DNA of 64,000 nt from an uncultured Chloroflexia bacterium (GTDB lineage Bacteria > Chloroflexota > Limnocylindria > Limnocylindrales > CSP1-4). The stretch covers positions 928,001-992,000 of the forward strand of contig CAWEYL010000001.1 in NCBI GenBank assembly GCA_963813335.1, in the 5' to 3' direction. Below are positions 58,694 to 64,000 of this stretch, one piece after another. Within the stretch, counting starts at the first letter, position 1, and each line of letters begins with the position of its first letter. The notes under the pieces were generated by a model, which saw only the letters and a program-made list of their open reading frames with translations, was not told the origin of the DNA and made no database searches. The position numbers were made by a program, and so were the translations under genes.

Positions 58694-60096
58694 CCCTCCG
58701 GGCACCGACGGGCGACGAGCGGCTCGTCCGGCGGCTCGAGCGCTACCGGGCGGCGACGCGGGGATCGGCCCGGGACCTCGACCTCGACGAGCGCCGGCCG
58801 CTCCCGCACTCCCGGATCGACGGGCACGTCCTCGCAGAGCGGCTGGCCCGCGCCGTGGACGGCGAGGTCGTGCGAACGGCGCACGGGACCGTCGTTCGCT
58901 GCGAGGTCCCCGTCCGGACGATCGGGCTCGACCGGGGGCGGCTGGCATCGCTCCCCGGGCAGCCGCCCGCGGACGTGCCGCTGGTCTGCCTCGACACGGA
59001 GACGACAGGGCTGGCCACCGCGGCCGGGACCGTGGCGTTCCTCATCGGCCTCGGCTGGTGGGTCGGCGACACCTTCCGGCAGGTCCAGCTGCTGCTCCCC
59101 GACCACGGCGAGGAGCCGGCCCTGCTCGAGGCCATCGCGGCGCACCTGCCGCACGACGCCTGGCTGGTGACCTACAACGGTCGTGGCTTCGACTGGCCCC
59201 TGCTCGTGGCCCGCTACCGGATGCACGGCCGCCCCGCCCCGGTCCACGCCGGCCATCTCGACCTGCTCCCGACCGTCCGTCGGCTGTTCCGCCATCGCCT
59301 CGAGGACGCACGGCTGCGATCCGTGGAGGCGGGACTGCTCGGGATGCACCGCCACGGCGACGTCGAGGGCTGGGAGATCCCCGGCCGCTACCTCGGGTTC
59401 CTGCGTGGTGGCCCGGCCGAGCCGCTCGCGCCGGTCGTCCGCCACAACGACCAGGACGTCCGCTCGCTGGCGCGGCTGCTCGCCGTCCTCGACGCGGGGT
59501 ACGCCACCGAGGATGCCCGTCGGTCGGCGCCGGCGGGCGATCTCGCCGGCCTCGCCCGTGCCTTCGCCCGGGTAGGCCGGCTCGACGAGTCGCTCGGCTG
59601 CCTCGACGCCGCGCTGGCGGGCGCGCCGACCCACGCCGCACCCCGACCCGCCGCGCCGACACGGCCGACCGCCGCCGTCCGCGAGGAACCGTGGTGGTCC
59701 CCCAGCGTCGCGGCCGACTTCGGCGGGGCCAGGTCCGCGATCTCGTCGGGCCCCGCGAAGCCGCGCACCGCCGCCTTCGCCGCGCCCTGGTCGGACGAGC
59801 GCATCGCCGCCGAGCGCGCGCACCTCCTGCGGCGCCTCGGACGCTGGGACGAGGCCGCCGATGCCTGGTCCGCGCTCGCCGCGGGACCGGGGCGGACCGC
59901 GGTCGTCGCCGCGATCGAGCTGGCCAAGCTCCGCGAGCACCGCCTGCGCGATCCGCGCGGAGCGCTGTCGGCCGCCGCCGCGGGACTCGCGGCCACGGAC
60001 CGGCGGGCCCGGCTCGGACGGCCGGAACCGCGGCTCGAGGCGGACCTGCGCATCCGCGCCCGGCGATTGCGGCGGCGGCTGGCGTCGATCGGCTGA
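58690..60096 (+). CDS. YprB/MrfB-like RNase H-fold exonuclease with TPR-like C-terminus
   Basis: LDTETTGL..AGT.AFLIG, TYNGRGFD, HLDLL, HNDQDV; ATGA overlap with the helicase. Confidence 0.88.
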   Translation: MTLRAPTGDERLVRRLERYRAATRGSARDLDLDERRPLPHSRIDGHVLAERLARAVDGEVVRTAHGTVVRCEVPVRTIGLDRGRLASLPGQPPADVPLVCLDTETTGLATAAGTVAFLIGLGWWVGDTFRQVQLLLPDHGEEPALLEAIAAHLPHDAWLVTYNGRGFDWPLLVARYRMHGRPAPVHAGHLDLLPTVRRLFRHRLEDARLRSVEAGLLGMHRHGDVEGWEIPGRYLGFLRGGPAEPLAPVVRHNDQDVRSLARLLAVLDAGYATEDARRSAPAGDLAGLARAFARVGRLDESLGCLDAALAGAPTHAAPRPAAPTRPTAAVREEPWWSPSVAADFGGARSAISSGPAKPRTAAFAAPWSDERIAAERAHLLRRLGRWDEAADAWSALAAGPGRTAVVAAIELAKLREHRLRDPRGALSAAAAGLAATDRRARLGRPEPRLEADLRIRARRLRRRLASIG

Positions 60097-60137
60097 CGCG
60101 CGGGACGGCGGCGGCCGGGTCGCCGCCCCGGCGAGCC

Positions 60138-61106
60138 CTAGTCCGGGGGCTCGACCACGCCCACCTGGTCAGGGACGGTGGGCAGCACCGCCCGGCGGAT
60201 CCGCTCCCGCGCCCGGCGGACGAGGACTGCGGCGCGGTCCGGCACGCCGGCCAGGCCGTGCCCCTCGACGACCAGCGACCCGGCAGCGGCCGCGAACCGC
60301 AGGTCCACGCGGCGGCGTGCCCGCCGACGCCCGGCGATCGCCGGGCGCAGGGCGGTCGACTGGAGGGCCGCGAGAAAGGTGTCGCCGGCACCGGTCGGGT
60401 CGAGCTCGCCGCTCGTCGCGGTCGGCAGGTAGCGCACCGTCTCCCCCGGCCCGTCCGGCCCGACCGCCACGAGCAGCCCGCCGGACGCCCCGCGGGTGAT
60501 CAGCAGGTCGGCGCCCGGATGGAGCAGCGTGCACAGCGCTGCGACCGGCGTCTCGCGCGGCACGTCCTGGTGGCTCACGCCGACGAGGTCGGCTCGATGG
60601 AGGATCGGCGACGGCCGCGGCGCCCGGCGGACGACGCGCTGGCCCGCCCGCAGCTCCCGCAGGAATCCCTGCCACGCCACCGAGACGTAGGCGCCCTGGG
60701 GGATCACCGCCGCCCACGCGTCGGGGATCTCGTCCGCGACCGGCACGATCGACCACCCGGCGGCGGCCAGCCAGCCGACCGGGATCGACGGGATCGGGAG
60801 CGGCACCCCGCGCTGGATGCAGGTCTGCTCCCGCCCGGCCGGCGTCTCCACGTTGTGGAAGACGGGACCTTCATCGAGCGGCACGACGAGGACCTCGGCG
60901 CCGGCCTGGCGCAGGGTGTCCAGCTCGCTGGACCCGGCCGCCTCGGCATCGGCACCGACGATCGCCGCCGTACGCAGGCCGAGTCGCGCGGTCGTCAGCG
61001 CGGCGTAGGTGACGCCGCCGCCCAGCCGCCAGCCGCGGGGGTCCGAAGGGTCGATGTCGCGGCATGCGGAGCCGACGTGGACGATCTCGAGCGGCGGCCG
61101 GGCCAT
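60138..61106 (-). CDS. PfkB-family carbohydrate kinase
   Basis: GGGVTYAA, ITRGASG, DPTGAGDTF. Confidence 0.88.
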   Translation of the reverse strand: MARPPLEIVHVGSACRDIDPSDPRGWRLGGGVTYAALTTARLGLRTAAIVGADAEAAGSSELDTLRQAGAEVLVVPLDEGPVFHNVETPAGREQTCIQRGVPLPIPSIPVGWLAAAGWSIVPVADEIPDAWAAVIPQGAYVSVAWQGFLRELRAGQRVVRRAPRPSPILHRADLVGVSHQDVPRETPVAALCTLLHPGADLLITRGASGGLLVAVGPDGPGETVRYLPTATSGELDPTGAGDTFLAALQSTALRPAIAGRRRARRRVDLRFAAAAGSLVVEGHGLAGVPDRAAVLVRRARERIRRAVLPTVPDQVGVVEPPD

Positions 61107-61159
61107 CGCACCTCCGGGCGTATACTGCCGGCCCCAGAACCCGGAACCGGAGCTGCCAC

Positions 61160-61549
61160 GTGTTCTTCTTCGAACTGCATGAGGGTGACGACGAGGTCTA
61201 CTCGGACGTCCTCGTCGTCAGCGAATCGGAATGGGAGCCCCAGGAGTTCTTCCAGCTGGTCCAGCAGATCCGACGTCGCGTCCAGGACAGCCACGGCCAC
61301 GATACCCTCAGCGAGGCCATCGCGATGGAGCTCGAGCGCGAGCACGGCTTCATCTACGTGAGCGACGATTCGCTGTCCGCCGCCGTCAACGTGTCGACCG
61401 TGGACGAGGACAACTTCCTCGTCGACCTCGAGGTGGACCTCGCCGACGCGCAGGCCGACCTCGACGAGGACGAGATCGAGGACGACCCCGACGCGATCGG
61501 CTTTCGCTCGGTGCTCGTCGACTTCGATCCGGGCGGCCGGCTGAACTAG
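61160..61549 (+). CDS. Acidic hypothetical protein (129 aa)
   Basis: TATACT -10 at 61121-61126, GGAG Shine-Dalgarno, GTG start; very Asp/Glu rich. Confidence 0.75.
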   Translation: MFFFELHEGDDEVYSDVLVVSESEWEPQEFFQLVQQIRRRVQDSHGHDTLSEAIAMELEREHGFIYVSDDSLSAAVNVSTVDEDNFLVDLEVDLADAQADLDEDEIEDDPDAIGFRSVLVDFDPGGRLN

Positions 61550-61560
61550 GGGCCCCGGCG

Positions 61561-62664
61561 CTACTTGCTGAACAGGATCTCGACGACGTCCCCGTCGCGC
61601 ATCCGGTAGGTCTTGCCCTCCGAGCGCAGCTTGCCGTGCTTGCGCGCCTCGGCCATCGAACCGAGCGACAGCAGGTCGTCGTAGGACACGGTCTCGGCGC
61701 GGATGAACCCCCTGGCCAGGTCGGTGTGGATCGCGGCGGCCGCGTCGACCGCGTTGGAGCCGTCGGGGATCGGCCACGCGCGGACCTCGTCCGGTCCGGC
61801 GGTGAGGAACGAGATGAGCCCGAGCAGCGTGTACGACAGCGCGATCACGCGGTCGAGCCCCGATCCTGCGATCCCGAGCTCCTCCATGAAGACGGCGGCC
61901 TCGTCCGGCTCGAGCTCGCCGAGCTCCATCTCGATGCGGGCCGACAGCGCGTCGACCATCGCGTGGCGGTGGCCGTAGTCGGCAGCGATCGCGGCGACCT
62001 TGTCGCCCGCGCCGGCGAGGTCGGCCTCGCCGACGTTCAGCAGCACCAGGACCGGCTTCTCGGTGAGGAACCGGAACCCGCGGATCGCCTTCTGCTCGTC
62101 GCTGTCGAGCACGACGTCGCGGATCGGCGTCCCCGCCTCCAGCGCCTCGTGCAGGCGCCGCAGGATCACCTCCTCGCGCTCGTTCGACTCGCGCTCGGCC
62201 GGCGTCCCGTGCCGGCCGGTGCCGGCGAGCCGCTCCAGGCGGCGCCCGGTCATCGCGAGGTCGGCGAGGATGAACTCGAGGTCGAGATGCTCGAGGTCGC
62301 GGGCCGGGTCGACGCTGCCGTCGGGATGCGGGTGGGCCGGGTCCTCGAACGCGCGGACCACGTGGAGGAGCGCATCGGAGTCGCGCAGCCGCGCCAGGTG
62401 GTCGGCCGGCAGCTCCTCGGTCCCGACGTGCCCCTCGGTCGACGGCGGCGGCGCCGGCAGGTCGACGTAGGTGACGTCGGCATGCACGATCTTCTTCGGT
62501 TTGAAGATCTCGGCGAGGCGGTCGAGCCGCTCGTCGGGCACCTTGACGACGCCGACGTTGAGGGTGACGCCGCCGTAGCCGCCGGTCTCGGCGTGGCCGC
62601 GGGTGAGCGTGTTGAAGACGGTCGTCTTGCCAGATCCGGCAAGCCCGATGATGGCGATCTGCAT
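61561..62664 (-). CDS. ychF: YchF/OLA1-family ATPase
   Basis: VKVPDERLD.L, HVVRAF, LT.KP....NVGE, LISFLTAG..EV.AW, IHTDL.RGFIRAE, EGK.Y...DGD. Confidence 0.92.
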   Translation of the reverse strand: MQIAIIGLAGSGKTTVFNTLTRGHAETGGYGGVTLNVGVVKVPDERLDRLAEIFKPKKIVHADVTYVDLPAPPPSTEGHVGTEELPADHLARLRDSDALLHVVRAFEDPAHPHPDGSVDPARDLEHLDLEFILADLAMTGRRLERLAGTGRHGTPAERESNEREEVILRRLHEALEAGTPIRDVVLDSDEQKAIRGFRFLTEKPVLVLLNVGEADLAGAGDKVAAIAADYGHRHAMVDALSARIEMELGELEPDEAAVFMEELGIAGSGLDRVIALSYTLLGLISFLTAGPDEVRAWPIPDGSNAVDAAAAIHTDLARGFIRAETVSYDDLLSLGSMAEARKHGKLRSEGKTYRMRDGDVVEILFSK

Positions 62665-62717
62665 GCGGCCGATCGTAACCGCGACGGTCGGCCGGCGTCC
62701 GACGGCCGACCGGGCGC

Positions 62718-63812
62718 TCAGTACCCGGCGGTCGGGTCCACCACGTTGACCAGCGGCTCGCCCGCCGCGAAGCGCGTCAGGTTGTCGCAGAAGAGCTCGA
62801 CGCTGCGATCGAGCACCCGCCCGCTCGACCAGGCGGTATGCGGCGTCACGATGACGTTGGGCAGGTCGTAGAACGACGACATCGGCGGCAGCGGCTCGTC
62901 GTGGAACGTGTCGAGCACGGCGCCGCCCAGCGGCCCGTCGCGCAAGGCCCGCAGCAGTGCCCGCTCGTCCACGAGGCGGCCGCGGGCGACGTTGATCAGC
63001 CACGCCCCGGGCTTGAACAGGGCCAGCGTCTCGTCGTTGATCATCTCCTCGGTCTCGGGGGTCAGCGGCGCCGCGAGGACCACGAAATCAGACTCGGCGA
63101 GGAGCTCGGGCAGCGTCTCCGGGCCGCCGACACGGTCGAGCGGCAGCTCGCCGAACGGGCGGGCGTCCGCGTCGCCGAGCGCCACAGCCGCCGGGACCCG
63201 GGGCGCGCCGTGGATCGACCCGTCGGTCCGCCGCCGGACCGCGACCACGCGGCAGCCGAAGCCGGTCGCCAGCGACGCGACGGCGCGACCGATCGAGCCG
63301 AGACCGACGATCCCGACGGTGACGTCGCGGAGCTCCGCTCCCTCGAGCGGCTGCCACGTCCGCTCGCGCTGCAGTTCCAGAAGCTCCGGCAGCTTCCGGC
63401 TCACCGCCAGGATCATCATCATCACGTACTCGGCGATGGGCCGGCTGAAGACGCCGCGCGCGTTGGTCACGACCACGCCGCGCTGCCGCGCCGCCGGGGT
63501 CAAGGCCCGCTCCACGCCCGACGTCGCCGAGTGCACCCACGCCAGCCGCGGCGCCCGCGCCAGGATGCGGTCGAAGGCATCCGGCAGCAGCCAGCCGCGG
63601 AGCATCACCTCGACGTCCTCGAGCGGGCCGTCGGCGAGGCCTTCGATCGAGACGGTCACGATCCGGGCGCCGGGCGCCACCGCGCGGATGCGCTCCAGGT
63701 CCCGCTGGCGGTATCGCGCGGACAGGATCGGGCTCAGCGCGATCGCCGTCGGGGCGCCACCCGGCCCGCTCCCGGGGCCGGCCCGGTCGTTGATGGGGTG
63801 GTCGGCGCTCAT
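62718..63812 (-). CDS. D-2-hydroxyacid dehydrogenase family protein
   Basis: GLGSIG, PLTPET, INVARG.LVDE, LDTF..EPL, TPH. Confidence 0.9.
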   Translation of the reverse strand: MSADHPINDRAGPGSGPGGAPTAIALSPILSARYRQRDLERIRAVAPGARIVTVSIEGLADGPLEDVEVMLRGWLLPDAFDRILARAPRLAWVHSATSGVERALTPAARQRGVVVTNARGVFSRPIAEYVMMMILAVSRKLPELLELQRERTWQPLEGAELRDVTVGIVGLGSIGRAVASLATGFGCRVVAVRRRTDGSIHGAPRVPAAVALGDADARPFGELPLDRVGGPETLPELLAESDFVVLAAPLTPETEEMINDETLALFKPGAWLINVARGRLVDERALLRALRDGPLGGAVLDTFHDEPLPPMSSFYDLPNVIVTPHTAWSSGRVLDRSVELFCDNLTRFAAGEPLVNVVDPTAGY

Positions 63813-64000
63813 GCGGCACCCAGGACGCGCTCGATCCAGCGATCGGGCATGTCGATCTCGCCGTCGCGGGGCAGCGACTCCGGGCCTTCCCAGAGTCGGG
63901 TCAGGGCCACATGGCCGCGGGCGTCGGCGATGGCCCGCACGAACTTCTCGCCCTTCTTGTACTGCTCGAGCTTGAGGTCCATGCCGGTCAGCTTGAGCAT
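63809..64000 (-). CDS. C-terminus of a zinc-dependent metalloprotease-like (Zincin_2) protein; 5' end outside window
   Basis: GMDLKLEQY..GEKFV, W.GPESLP...EI..P..W..RV. Confidence 0.75.
   Translation of the reverse strand: MLKLTGMDLKLEQYKKGEKFVRAIADARGHVALTRLWEGPESLPRDGEIDMPDRWIERVLGAA

Overview
Very GC-rich bacterial chromosomal segment, almost entirely core/housekeeping genes, mostly on the minus strand. Gene content and protein style suggest Chloroflexota, possibly a Limnocylindria/Ellin6529-like lineage (inference). It holds about 57 real CDS and one tRNA(CAT); I see no prophage, IS or CRISPR. Main blocks: (i) iscS-mnmA-pepE, then alaS-[FtsA-like actin ATPase]-[membrane-anchored baseplate-J-like protein]-ruvX-mltG-pepP; (ii) typA, aspS, hisS, rel; (iii) topA-xerC-murJ-femX-femX-murE; (iv) REC-CpaE, comM(yifB)-dprA, Ig/CAP surface protein; (v) ppa-thpR, trpB2-Zn-ribbon-tyrA-NUDIX; (vi) stand-alone DnaB-like ATPase, M20 peptidase, tandem AI-2E transporter, ftsH, tRNA; (vii) mrfAB-like helicase/exonuclease pair with an SOS-box-like site, ychF. 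Best candidate for an undescribed system: an FtsA-like actin with no ftsZ in the window plus a single-pass protein with an extracytoplasmic phage baseplate-J-like domain, translationally coupled inside the alaS-ruvX-mltG operon, which suggests a phage-derived cell-envelope machine. Other signals: four repeats at exact 11-bp period in front of comM-dprA, pervasive leaderless-type promoters, a 120-bp symmetric intergenic element, MurE with an EDPR motif plus two Fem ligases, and three single-base insertions (probably sequencing errors) that create false fusions or read-through.
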